Shown: piece by piece, positions 1 to 10,839 of the stretch
Layout of the letters: every line of letters begins with the position of its first letter
Position numbering within the stretch: position 1 is the first letter of the stretch
Assembly (NCBI GenBank): GCA_963514005.1
Contig: OY740803.1
Location: 28,396,001-28,460,000, forward strand
Direction of reading: 5' to 3'
Length of the DNA: 64,000 nt
Origin: Raja brachyura
Lineage: Eukaryota
The notes under the pieces: model-generated
Databases searched by the model: none
The model's input: only the letters and a program-made list of their open reading frames with translations
Told to the model about the DNA's origin: nothing
Made by a program: the position numbers and the translations under genes

Positions 1-269
1 TACTACGGACAATTTTCAAAGTATCATTGCAATTTGTCTTGTTGTGGCTCCTGCTAGTAGTTTATTAGAATATTACATGGTTATCTGAATCTCAGAACTC
101 AGAGTCCAGACAAAACAAGTGAGAACAGCAAATGGCTGAACAGAAAATTCTCAGTGAATTGGCACATTGTGATTTAGAACAGTAGGAGAATGCTGTAAGA
201 ACACTGGGTCAAGTGATATCCATCAACGTTTCAGGCCAGGACTGAAATGGAAATATAGCAGTACGTAGA

Positions 270-862
270 AAATCAGTTGGAAATATGGGCGGAGAAATGG
301 CAAATTAAGTTTAATTGAACAAATGGGAGGATTTGCATTTTGGGAGGTCAAATGCAAGAGGAAGGTTTACAGTAAATGACAGACTCCCTGGGAACATTTG
401 ATGTACAGATGGATCTTTAGGTGCAAGTCCATATCAACCTGAAAATGGCAAAACATGGATTGGCAGATGATGAATACATACAGCATGCTTGCCTTCTTCG
501 GACGTGACATTAAATATGAACAATGCGAGTCATATTGCAGTTGTATAACATTTTCAGTTTGACCATGTTTGGAGTATTGTCTGCAGTTCTGGTCATCAAT
601 TCACAGGAAAGATGTGACGGCTTTGGAGGAATGTAGAAGAGGTTTGCTAGGATGCTGCCAGTGAATATTTACTATAAGGAGAGGTTGGACAAACTTGAAT
701 TATTTTTGCTGATGGATCAGAGGCCTGACCTGATAGAAGTGTATAAAATTTAGAGGACTACATAGGGTAGATGGAGTGCCTGGAAAGCGCTGTCAGAGGT
801 GGTGATAGAAGTAGATATAGCAACGTTGAAGGTGCTTGTAGTCAGACAATGCACAAGCAGGG
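270..862 (+). mobile_element. Old degenerate CR1-type LINE 3' fragment
   Basis: Decayed WAEKWQ..F, LHFGRSN and LEYCLQFWS..RKD motifs of CR1 ORF2, with stops and frameshifts. Confidence 0.8.
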
Positions 863-1547
863 TAGAAACATAGAAATTAGGTGCAGGAGTAGGCCATTCG
901 GCCCTTCGAGCCTGCACCGCCATTCAATATGATCATGGCTGATCATCCAACTCAGTATCCTGTACCAGCCTTCTCTCCATACCCTCTGATCCCCTTAGCC
1001 ACAAGGGCCCCATCTAACTCCCTCTTAAATATAGCCAATGAACTGGCCTCAACTACCCTCTGTGGCAGAGAGTTCCAGAGACCCATCACTCTATGTGTGA
1101 AAAAAGTCCTTCTCATCTCGGTCCTAAAGGATTTCCCCCTTATCCTTAAGCTGTGACCCCTTGTCCTGGACCTCCCCAACATCGGGAATAATCTTCCTGC
1201 ATCTAGCCTGTCCAACCCCTTAAGAATTCTATACATTTCTATAAGATCCCCTCTCAATCTCCTAAATTCTAGAGAGTATAAACCGAGTCTACCCAGTCTT
1301 TCTTCATAAGACAGTCCTGATATCCCAGGAATCAGTCTGGTGAACCTTCTCTGCACTCCCTCTATGGCAATAATGTCCTTCCTCAGATTTGGAGACCAGA
1401 ACTGTACGCAGTACTCCAGGTGTGGTCTCACCAAGACCCTATACAACTGAAGTAGAACCTCCCTGCTCGTATACTCAAATCCTTTTGCTATGAAAGCTAA
1501 CATACCATTCGCTTTCTTCACTGCCTGCTGTACCTGCATGCCTACTC
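863..1547 (-). mobile_element. Young 5'-truncated CR1/HER1-type LINE nested in an older CR1
   Basis: Open ORF 952-1539 with LYRVLVRPHLEYCVQFWSP and GLYSLEFRRLRGDLIE; 3'UTR ending in TTTCTATGTTTCTA. Confidence 0.93.
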
Positions 1548-1554
1548 TATGAAT

Positions 1555-2005
1555 AAGTCATAGAGTTATCGGCCATAGAGTCATAGGCCATTCAGTTTTC
1601 TGTCGTGGAGATATCAGTATTAGAATGTTAGGTCATAGAATCATAGAGACATGGATCATAGTCAAAGGTCAGATAGTCATAGTTCATAGAGTCAAAGGTC
1701 AGAGAGACAATTGTTAGTACAGATGTCAGAGGTTATGGGGAGAAGGCAGGGGAATGGGGTTAGGAGGGAGAAATAGATCAGCCATGATTGAATGGCGGAG
1801 TAGACTTGATGGGCCGAATGGCCTAATTCTCCTCTTCCTTATGACATGACCTTATGGTCATAGAGTAATAGATCATAGAAATATGGATCATTGAGTGAAA
1901 GATCATAGTGAAAATGGCCATGGAGACAATGGTCATACAGATATATACAGTATCATCATCGTGGATCATAGTCAACGATCACAAATGACAGATCATTGAT
2001 TCATA
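1555..2005. repeat. Degenerate (TCATAGAG)-like minisatellite with an embedded CR1 3' end (~1716-1850)
   Basis: Many tcatagag/gtcatag/gatcatag units. Confidence 0.7.
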
Positions 2006-2029
2006 CAGCAGATAATCTGGCCCTCTGGC

Positions 2030-2140
2030 GTGGGGGAGAGAGAGAGAGAGAGAGAGAGAGGAGGGGAGAGACGGAGAGAGAGAAAGAGGGGGGAGAGACA
2101 GAGAGGGGGAGAGAGAGGGGAGGGGGAGAGAGAGAAGGAG
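2030..2140. repeat. (GA)n purine low-complexity tract
   Basis: Directly visible. Confidence 0.9.
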
Positions 2141-4085
2141 AATAGGGCTATGGACCGTGCGATTTGTTAGATTGGTATCATGATCTGCATCAATGTGGTT
2201 GGCTGAAGGTCCTGTTCCTATATGGGGGGGGGGGGATAGACATTGATAGGCTGTAACTAGATGGGAAGGGGATGATGGTTAACTGGAGTGTAGGCAGGCA
2301 AGAGGCTGCTGGGTGATGGGAGGGCCCAGATGCGGAGGGGATGATGGAACCTGGTGAGGGGTGGGGGAAGGATGACCAAGAAAGAGAAGGAACCTAGGAG
2401 TGTGTGTGTTGGTGGAGAGTACTTGGGGCATGCGTTAACTGACATTAAAATATTCGATGTTCATATTGGGTTGTTAAGCTACCTGAGCAGAATGGATGTT
2501 CTTACAATTTTGTGTAGCAATGGGGAAGGTTGAGTTCTTTCAACATTCTGTTTCCATTTTCAATTCCTATACCTGTTTTCATATTGATTGTTGTTGATGC
2601 TTTTTGTGAAATAAACAACTGTACAAGAATGAAAAGTGTCTGAAGAAAAGAATTGGAGTCAAAGCAAGGATACACTGGTTAGTTCCACTTTAAGGCTAAG
2701 ATAAATTTTGGTATTAAAGTAGACTTCAATCTGTTTCACAAATTTGTAACAAGTGCTGAGTTATTCCATGCCTGTAGGGAGCATTAGTTGCATACGTGTT
2801 CTGTCTCTGGGTTCGATGGATAGAGCCTGATCCTGTGTGTGGTGTTAGATTTGCGTTCGGTTCAAGGCATGAAGTAATATGAATGTAGTTGGCAAAATTA
2901 AATGTGGGCTTTGCAGCTGACGAATGAGGTAGACATTGTTTCATCAAATTATACATTGCCGCACGTCTTTAAATTCATCTGATCAGTACATCATTGATGG
3001 GCTGCCAACCATGCATATTTATCTGTTAATGGTTCAGTAAGTGACATTGAAACTGGATCAATTTGCTAACATGAAGATAATGATTCTCTACAAACGATAC
3101 CTCTTAATATTTTTCAAATTAACATTTATATCTTGCTTTGGCCCCGTGGCTTCTTTTTACTTGTGATATTTATTTTGCATAACTTTATTAGAAATTATAC
3201 TGCTTGCCTGACTTAAAAAATCTCTAATTGTGGTGTTGGAAAACCTGGTGTTATTCCAGTGACTATCCATTGAGCCTCTGTCATTTGTACTGTGTACAAT
3301 TGGCCCATAGGTGGCACTATTTGTTATTGGTGAGATGTTTGGTTTCGCTTAAAACATTGTGGAGATTTTTTGAGTATTTATTTTACAACACAAATGGTGG
3401 ATTTAGTATTTAACTAATGTGTTGAAGCTTAAAGGTATTAAATAGTATTAAAACTAATGGTAATGGGGAAAAACTACAAAGTGTAAGTCTACATCCTGTG
3501 ATCTGTGCTGAAAAATCATTCTGGGGCAAAGCTTTATATAGTTTTCTTGATATTACCACTTTGTATTCCCAGCATATTACATGGCAATAGTAATGTCCTT
3601 GTAAGCAGCAGACTGAAGACTGATTGCATTGGGTCATAAGATCAGAAAGCAAAGACATGTTTCCAATATGTAGTTAATTTCCAAGTAACATGTCTCAACC
3701 ATGAGCAATGTAAATAATATATCTGACCTGCACTCCACAGACATTCCCAATTTTACAATTTCAAAGATGGAAGAGTTATGAACAAAGGGACTTTGTAGTT
3801 CACCATCCTCAAGGAACTGGGAACGTATAATAGAAGCCAAAGTAGAAGCAGTTCTGGGATATAACATTCTGCAACTCACATTATGGGGGGTCTTCAGATG
3901 ATTTTGTTCCTGTATCTAAGGTTATCAATCTCAATTGTGTCCAAGTAGCAATTACTGTCAGTGGCAAGGGCACACAAACAAAGATGAGATCCCTGTTCTG
4001 CTGTTTCACACTTTCCCTGCATAGTGCAGTAGAGATGAGTGAAAGGCAATGCAACTATGGACTGATGGTGTGCTTGTTGTTCTAG

Positions 4086-4180
4086 TTCTGCAGAGGGAGC
4101 ACCAATATGGTTTGACAAGTATTCTAACGGATTGTTGCTGGCTCAGAAAGTGATGGCCTGTTTCATTGTTCTACACACAG
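4086..4180 (+). CDS. TMEM94: TMEM94 coding exon (4th from last)
   Basis: tctag|...|gtaatc. Encodes (S)SAEGAPIWFDKYSNGLLLAQKVMACFIVLHT, resembling human APAWFEDFANGLLSAQKLTAALIVLHT. Phase joins the next exon. Confidence 0.88.
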
Positions 4181-5029
4181 GTAATCATCAGCTTGCTTCT
4201 AGAGTCAATGACTGCTCGGAATTATTGTGATTATCAGAGGCGTTCCTGCTACTCATCTAATGTCACCTTGTTTTTCCACCTGGGAGCTATATAGCTTGTA
4301 AAACTGCACAACTCAACTTTCTGGGTGATTAAAAGGCAAGGCCAAGCAATGTTTGCATGCTCGAGTAATCCATGCAAACAAAACATTCACAATTAAAAAA
4401 TTGAGTTAAATTGCAAGATGAATTGTCAATCCTTTGAAGATCTTGGTAGTTGAAAACTGTCTCGTCAATCAGTGTAAATGGAGGTGGTGACACTAAATTC
4501 CATTTAGACTTGATCAAAACTGTCTATGTGTCTCATTGCTTGTATGTTTAGTATTCAATGCCTTTAATTAAATATTGGCCTAACATATTTCAGATGATGT
4601 GGCTGGTAATGCAGTTGCCGTACAGCTCCTGCCAACTGGATTTAATCTCAACCTCCAGTGTTGTCTGTACAAGGTTTGCCCTATGACACTGGGTTTCCCT
4701 GGGTGCTCACGTTTAATCACACGTGCTAAAGACTGCAGACTGGTACAGAAGAATGTAGCAGCAAACCATCAGGCCTCTCTAGCCAGCCCCCCCCCCCCAT
4801 TCATGACTGCTCTTTGCTTGCCTCAATCCTCTTCTGTGCCAGTTCACCAATTACCCTCAATTACTCGATCTTTTAAATATTTATCTATTGCCATCTTAAA
4901 TATATGTGATGGGTGCCATCATCACCTTGCGGCAGGGAATTCCAGACATTGAATGCCCTCTGAGATAAATGTTTTATACACCTCAACTATAAATGGCTGG
5001 CCCTTGTAACAATATCCTCTTATTCATAA

Positions 5030-5368
5030 TGGGCCTGTCCCACTACGCGACTTTTTCGGCGACTGCTGGTACCCATCACAGGCTGTCATAGGTTGCTGAT
5101 AATTTTGAACATGTTGAAAATCCAGCGGCGACCAGAACAAGGTACGACTCTTTGGGCGACTACTCACGACCATACAGGCTTCACCCCGCGACATGTCGCC
5201 AGGGTGTCGCCTATATGGTCGTGAGTAGTCTCCTCAGTCGCCCAAAGAGTCGCAAATTCTTTCTGGACGCCGTTGGATTTTCAACATGTTGAAAAATTTC
5301 AGCGACCTACAATGACCTATGACGGGTGCCGGCAGTTGCCGAAAAGTCGTGTAAATGGGGCAGGCCCA
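5030..5368. mobile_element. Almost fully palindromic MITE, TAA duplication (PIF/Harbinger-like)
   Basis: TAA-TGGGCCTGTCCCACT ... AAATGGGGCAGGCCCA-TAA; arms complementary over most of the length; interrupts a CR1 fragment. Confidence 0.85.
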
Positions 5369-5769
5369 TAACTCTTCCACCATTGAAAGCATCTCTACAT
5401 GTACCCTGTCGTCCATTTAGGATCTTGCATGCTTAAATAAGGTCACCCCTCATTCTCCCAAACTCCAAGGTGACCTGAAACATTGACCATAACCATTCCA
5501 TTTCCCCAACAGTTGTCACTCTTTCTTCCCCCTTCCCCCTCCAGCCAGAGTCCAGAGTTTCCCCCTTAAGATGGTTTGTTTTTCATTTGTTATCTGAGTT
5601 GTCTGTAATGTGGCTCGGAACATAACTGATGTCAAAACCAAATTACAGCAACTGAGTGTCAGCTGGAAGCTAATAATTCATCCAAATACAGAAAAGTGCA
5701 GCCATTACTGCTCGAAGACTGCCCCACCTTGTCAATGGCTGGAGTTTCAAAAGATAGACAAAGTGTGAG

Positions 5770-5838
5770 TTGTGTAACGTCTGACTTATGCAAGGATCCA
5801 CAGGACTTAACCCTTATGTAAGTCGGGGAGCGTCTGTA
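5770..5838. mobile_element. Tc1/mariner (Tigger-like) right end fragment
   Basis: cttatgtaagtcggggagcgtctg-TA terminus. Left end not resolved. Confidence 0.4.
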
Positions 5839-6354
5839 CTTGCAGCCACAACATGATGTAAATAAAATACAATTTTAACCAGTTATCAAAACTGCTTGTT
5901 CATTAGGCAATGTATGATTATCAAATGTTCCTTTTCGTCAGCACAAATTCCTGCAAAAACTGCAGTCATTTCTGTTGTTTTGGAATCAATATAACCGTAT
6001 GCCAACAGCAGAAAAACAAATCTGCTGGTGGAACCCAGTGGGTTAGGTAGCATCTGTGGCAAGATTCGAATTGAGACCCTTCATTGTGCCAACTTTATTA
6101 AGTCGTAATTCCCCTCTACCTTCTTCATAGTAGGTAACATGTTTGAGCAAATTGCTCTGTGCTTGATGCCTTTTATCAAGCTCGGATTGTGTGGTGCATG
6201 CTCCCTTCTAATCTCCACCCGAGCACTAGACTGTGTTGTATCTCTGTAACTTGGATGCACTTCACAGGGTCCCTCGTCTTTTCCTGTCCAGAATCTTGTG
6301 CTGCAGCAGGCTGTCTCAACTAGGGCCTTGTGGAAGAACAGTCAACACCATTTG

Positions 6355-6702
6355 GGCTGCATTGTGGTGTAGTTGGTAGAGCAGCTGCTTCTCAGCACGA
6401 GAGACCCAGGTTTAATTCTTGCCTTGGAATGGAATGCTGTCTGTGTGGAGTGTGCACATTCTCCCTGTAATCAGACTTTTCCTTCTGGTGCTCTGGTTTC
6501 CTCCTACATCAGAAAGATGGGTGGATTGATAGTTTTCTTGGTCACTGTTAAGTGTCCTAATGCTAGTGGTAGAATCAGGGTGGAGATGAAGAGAATATGG
6601 GAATAAAAAGACAAGATCAATATAGGATTATTTTAAATAACTGGTTGATGGTCAGTGTGGGCTAAAGGGCCTGGTTCCAGCTATATCTCGCTATCACTCT
6701 AA
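6355..6702 (+). mobile_element. tRNA-derived V-SINE (HE1-like) with CR1-type tail
   Basis: A/B-box-like head, gtctgtgtggagtgtgcacattctccc V-domain, gggctaaagggcctg tail. Confidence 0.75.
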
Positions 6703-6851
6703 ACCATGGGCTACCCCGAGATTTAACAAAGCAAATTCACTGTGGAGAAACTAGGTTCCTTTTTGCACAAGATGTTATTTAAGTGTACTTCTATCTTTAC
6801 TCGGGTACAAATATAGTGCACTAATATGTTGGTTTCAAATTTGTTTTGCAG

Positions 6852-6945
6852 TTTGCATTTCCATCAGCCATGTTCACTGGTCCAAAACCCTGTGGAGGAA
6901 AAGTCCATTCAGTAACCTATGGTGGTGTCTCACTTTACCTGTAGT
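6852..6945 (+). CDS. TMEM94: TMEM94 coding exon
   Basis: ttttgcag|...|gtaagt. Encodes VCISISHVHWSKTLWRKSPFSNLWWCLTLPV, resembling human VFISITHVHRTKPLWRKSPLTNLWW. Confidence 0.93.
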
Positions 6946-7921
6946 GTAAGTATCGCCAGAGGAGAGCACTTTACACATTGAACATGCACCTCAGGTGAGA
7001 TGCGTAATGATGATACCCCTTTCCGTGTTCCATTTAGTACTTCTAGATGACATCTGGAGCAAGGTAAAGCTCCCTGTGTTCTGACCGTAATTCTGCCTTC
7101 ACAACTCGTAACCATTCTCCTTGAAAATGTATCTATTTGCATTCTTTGCAATTTTCTTTAACTAATAAGAAATAAAAAGCAAGTAGTGTTAAATTATTCA
7201 CTGCTCTGGGGATAAATGACTAAGCTTATTTCCCTTTTGTTTCTTTTGCATTTCACATAATATAATTCAATTTTTTTTTAAAACGGAATGTTAAGATTTG
7301 GGATGCTTCCAACTACGTGAGGATATTTAGGATGATATGCAATTTGAAATAATCGAGAATTCAATTTACCAGATTTTTTTGGCAGCATTTGGGCTGAAGG
7401 CCCTGTTCCCGTGGTGTATAGGTTCATGACTCTGTAACTCTGAGATCACGTCTTGGCCCTGAAAACAGTTAAAAGTCTTAAAAAAGCAGTTTGTGGGAGA
7501 AATATTGAGTCCATGGATGGAGGTTATTAAGCTATAAAATGAGTTGTTAAGATGGTTTTCAACTTTTGGGGGGGTGTAAAACCAGAGGCTATCAATGTGG
7601 GAATGGTTACTAATTGTAACTTGGGAGACATTGTTTACCGTTGAAAACTTAATGGTAGAAATTTAAGTAGAATATTGATATTGATTTATCTGCCACATGT
7701 GCTGAGATGCAGTGAAAAACTTTGTTTTTATAGAAAGGAATACAAGGACATGTAAATGAAGTTAGATGAAACAGATGTAAGACTGTATAGCAAAATGACA
7801 GAGCTGTTTGCAAATTTTCAGGCAACGTACAACCATGCAAGTATCACCCTGCCAAAAGGTTCATGACTCAGGATTTGCGTACCTGAATTGTACTTGAACC
7901 AATTTCCTTTGTGATCTCTAG

Positions 7922-8092
7922 GCTGGTGAGCCAAATTGTATTGGTGCTGGTGGATTTAAAGCTGTGGAGAAATATGGACACCCAGTTGACCTTTGACCTG
8001 CAGGACATCCCACTGATCTCTTGGCTCCTTGGTTTACTGTCTCTCATTCTCGTGGTATTTATCAACGAAGTGGTCAAACTACATGAAATAAG
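7922..8092 (+). CDS. TMEM94: TMEM94 penultimate coding exon
   Basis: ctctag|...|gtaagt. Encodes LVSQIVLVLVDLKLWRNMDTQLTFDLQDIPLISWLLGLLSLILVVFINEVVKLHEIR. Confidence 0.95.
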
Positions 8093-8450
8093 GTAAGTGC
8101 ATCGGTTTACAAGGATCAGAAATAACAGTTGCCCTGGAGATTGTCAGCTTACAGCCAAAGTCCTCCCACAAGAAGTTGAGAACATTCTTGCTACTTGAAG
8201 TATTGGTAAGCTTAACAATGATAATTTAATTTCGAATATCAATAATTGCAGCTGGTGAATCTGTATGTGAAAAATAAGTGAAAAAATAATTCTGATAAAA
8301 AATTGTCATAAAATACAGATTGAAAATCTTACTGGATCCTTGGGATTATTCACGGGACGTTGCATGGTGTAGGGCTCTATTCTCATCTGTCTCATCGTAT
8401 GGAAAGTTGGACTGTTTTGGATAAATCCCATTCCCAATTCTAGTTGATAA

Positions 8451-9030
8451 GTAGACTAAAGTGCTGGAGAAACCCAGTGGGTGCGACAGCATCTATGGAG
8501 CGAAGGAAATAGGCAACGTTTCGGGCTGAAACCCTTCTTCAGACTGATGTAGGGTGGAGGGAGCGGGAAGAAGAAAGGAAGAGGAGGAGCCAGAGGATTG
8601 AAAGAGAGCTGAAAAGGGGAGGAGGCAGCAATAAGGGCTACCGGAAATTGGAGAAGTCAACATTCAGGCTGCTGGGGTATAAACTGCCCAAGCAAAATAT
8701 GAGGTGCTGCTCCTCCAATTTCCGGTGGTGCTCACTTTGGCCATGGAGGAGGCCCAGGACAGAAAGGTCGGAATGGGAGGGGGAGTTGAAGTGCTGAGCC
8801 ACCGGGAGATCAGGTTGGTTAATGCGGACCGAGCGGAGGTGTTCGGCGAAACGATCGCCAAGCCTACGCTTGGTCTCGCCGATACCCCCACCCTACGTCA
8901 GTCTGAAGAAGGGTTTTGGCCCGAAATGTTGCCCATTTCCTTCGCTCCATAGATGCTGCTGCTCCCGCTGAGTTTCTCCAGCACTTTTGTCTACCTTCGA
9001 TTTTCCAGCATCTGCAGTTCCTCTTAAACA
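8451..9030 (-). mobile_element. 5'-truncated Penelope-like element with GIY-YIG endonuclease C-terminus and inverted pseudo-LTRs
   Basis: Open frame 8883 to 8638 encodes IGETKRRLGDRFAEHLRSVRINQPDLPVAQHFNSPSHSDLSVLGLLHGQSEHHRKLEEQHLIFCLGSLYPSSLNVDFSNFR*. Inverted terminal repeats. Flanking direct repeat TCTAGTTGATAAGTA at 8439-8453 and 9031-9045. Confidence 0.88.
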
Positions 9031-9479
9031 TCTAGTTGATAAGTAACCACTTTGCTTCCACTTCCAACTTTCCGATATCACATTGCTGCAGTGTCTTGGG
9101 CTAACTCCTCATCTACAAGTTATTGCTGTGACCTGGGTCTTTTCTACAGGGCCAGAATGCTCTAATGTTTATGGCTGGCTGCCTGCCTGATCCATTTCCT
9201 GTAAAATCCTTCTCTCCGTACATCTTTTTGGCTGCACAGTCATTCCTTTGATCCCCGTCTCTTGGTGCTCTGCTTGTTCCTTGTGAAGCTTGGATTGAAT
9301 TTCTGCCCAGCAAAATGGTTAGGCTGCAGATTCTTGATTGAAACTTCAATTTTGTGTCTTCTCATTGCTGAATTTACTTCTCCTTTCATTCTTCCGACCG
9401 TGGTAATGTCCTGCAATTTGGGCCTTTACATTCTTTTCACGGCTTATTTCCTCACTGCGCAGAAGCACATCACTGGTTC

Positions 9480-9735
9480 AGGAACAGCTTCTTCCCTGCA
9501 GCCATCAGGCTATTAAACACAACAATAAATAAGCTCTGAACTACAACATACTATTATTATTATTATTGCACTATATTTGTTTATTTATTGTGTATGTGTG
9601 CATGTGAATATGTACACACTGAACTTTTTTTCCTCACGTTATGTACTGTGTTTACATATTCTGTTGTGCTGCAGCAAGTAAGAATTTCATTCTCCTATCT
9701 GGGACACATGACAATAAAACACTCTTGACTCTCTA
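9480..9735 (+). mobile_element. Non-LTR retrotransposon 3' tail (Rex1/Babar-like); a similar tail lies at ~10240-10375
   Basis: aacagcttcttccctgcagccatcaggctatta (NSFFPAAIRLL) ... acaataaaacactcttgactc. Confidence 0.6.
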
Positions 9736-9822
9736 GATTTTGTTCTCCTTATTTGTTTTATAGACCTCGATATTTTACTGAATAATGTACGTACTGATAA
9801 GGTTGAAGGTACAAGTAAAATG

Positions 9823-10195
9823 NNNNNNNNNNNNNNNNNNNNNNNNNNNNNNNNNNNNNNNNNNNNNNNNNNNNNNNNNNNNNNNNNNNNNNNNNNNNNN
9901 NNNNNNNNNNNNNNNNNNNNNNNNNNNNNNNNNNNNNNNNNNNNNNNNNNNNNNNNNNNNNNNNNNNNNNNNNNNNNNNNNNNNNNNNNNNNNNNNNNNN
10001 NNNNNNNNNNNNNNNNNNNNNNNNNNNNNNNNNNNNNNNNNNNNNNNNNNNNNNNNNNNNNNNNNNNNNNNNNNNNNNNNNNNNNNNNNNNNNNNNNNNN
10101 NNNNNNNNNNNNNNNNNNNNNNNNNNNNNNNNNNNNNNNNNNNNNNNNNNNNNNNNNNNNNNNNNNNNNNNNNNNNNNNNNNNNNNNNNNNNNNN
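9823..10195. other. Assembly gap (373 N)
   Basis: Run of N. Confidence 1.
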
Positions 10196-10766
10196 GTATG
10201 TATATGCGTGTGTGTATGTATGTGTGTGTGTATATATATCACACACACACGGAGATGTTTTTTCCTCTCGTTTATAATATTGTTTAGTGTACTCTTACAT
10301 ATTCTGTTCTGCAGCAAGTAAGAATTTAATTGTTCTATCTGGGACTCATGACAATAAAACACTCTTGACTCTTGTATGCTTCATTTCCTTTCATTTAATT
10401 AATCTGTTAGACACTGGTTAGGTGTTCTCGGAATCGGTGCCTCAGTCTCAGATGTGTGCTCTTTAACCACAGTTTTTTAGGATGGCCAAAATTGAGATTT
10501 ACGTCTGCAGTCAAGTAATTAAAATTATGTGATGGAGATATTAGTGACTAATATGAGTAATGATTAATTTGAGTAAAGTGATTTCACCCCTCAGTTTAAG
10601 AATTTGGCGTTAGTTAATAGATCTGTAAATAAAAGAACATTATCAGGTAAAGTAACCATGAAGCTTTCAGAGTATCATAACAATATAACTATTTTACTTG
10701 CATCCATTGGGCATAATGCACTTCACTAATTCAGCACTAAATGAGCATGTCTTCCTGTCTCTTTAG

Positions 10767-10839
10767 AGTACGAGACCGTTACCAGAAGAGGCAAAAGCTG
10801 CAGTTTGAAACCAAGCTAGGAATGAATTCTCCGTTCTGA
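10767..10839 (+). CDS. TMEM94: TMEM94 last coding exon to TGA
   Basis: ctttag| then VRDRYQKRQKLQFETKLGMNSPF*, the recognisable TMEM94 C-terminus. Confidence 0.97.

Noticed and set aside
952-1539. 195-aa ORF (and 55192-55725, 27188-27532) as host genes
   Set aside because: CR1 LINE ORF2 C-terminal fragments.
6355-6430. tRNA-like A/B boxes here and at other SINE heads as tRNA genes
   Set aside because: They continue into V-SINE bodies and show no cloverleaf.
9758-10362. Long ORFs containing X runs
   Set aside because: Artefacts of the 373-N gap.
9600-10375. Similar retroelement tails on both sides of the gap as a real tandem duplication
   Set aside because: Cannot be separated from a scaffolding or haplotype overlap artefact around a (TG/TA)n repeat.
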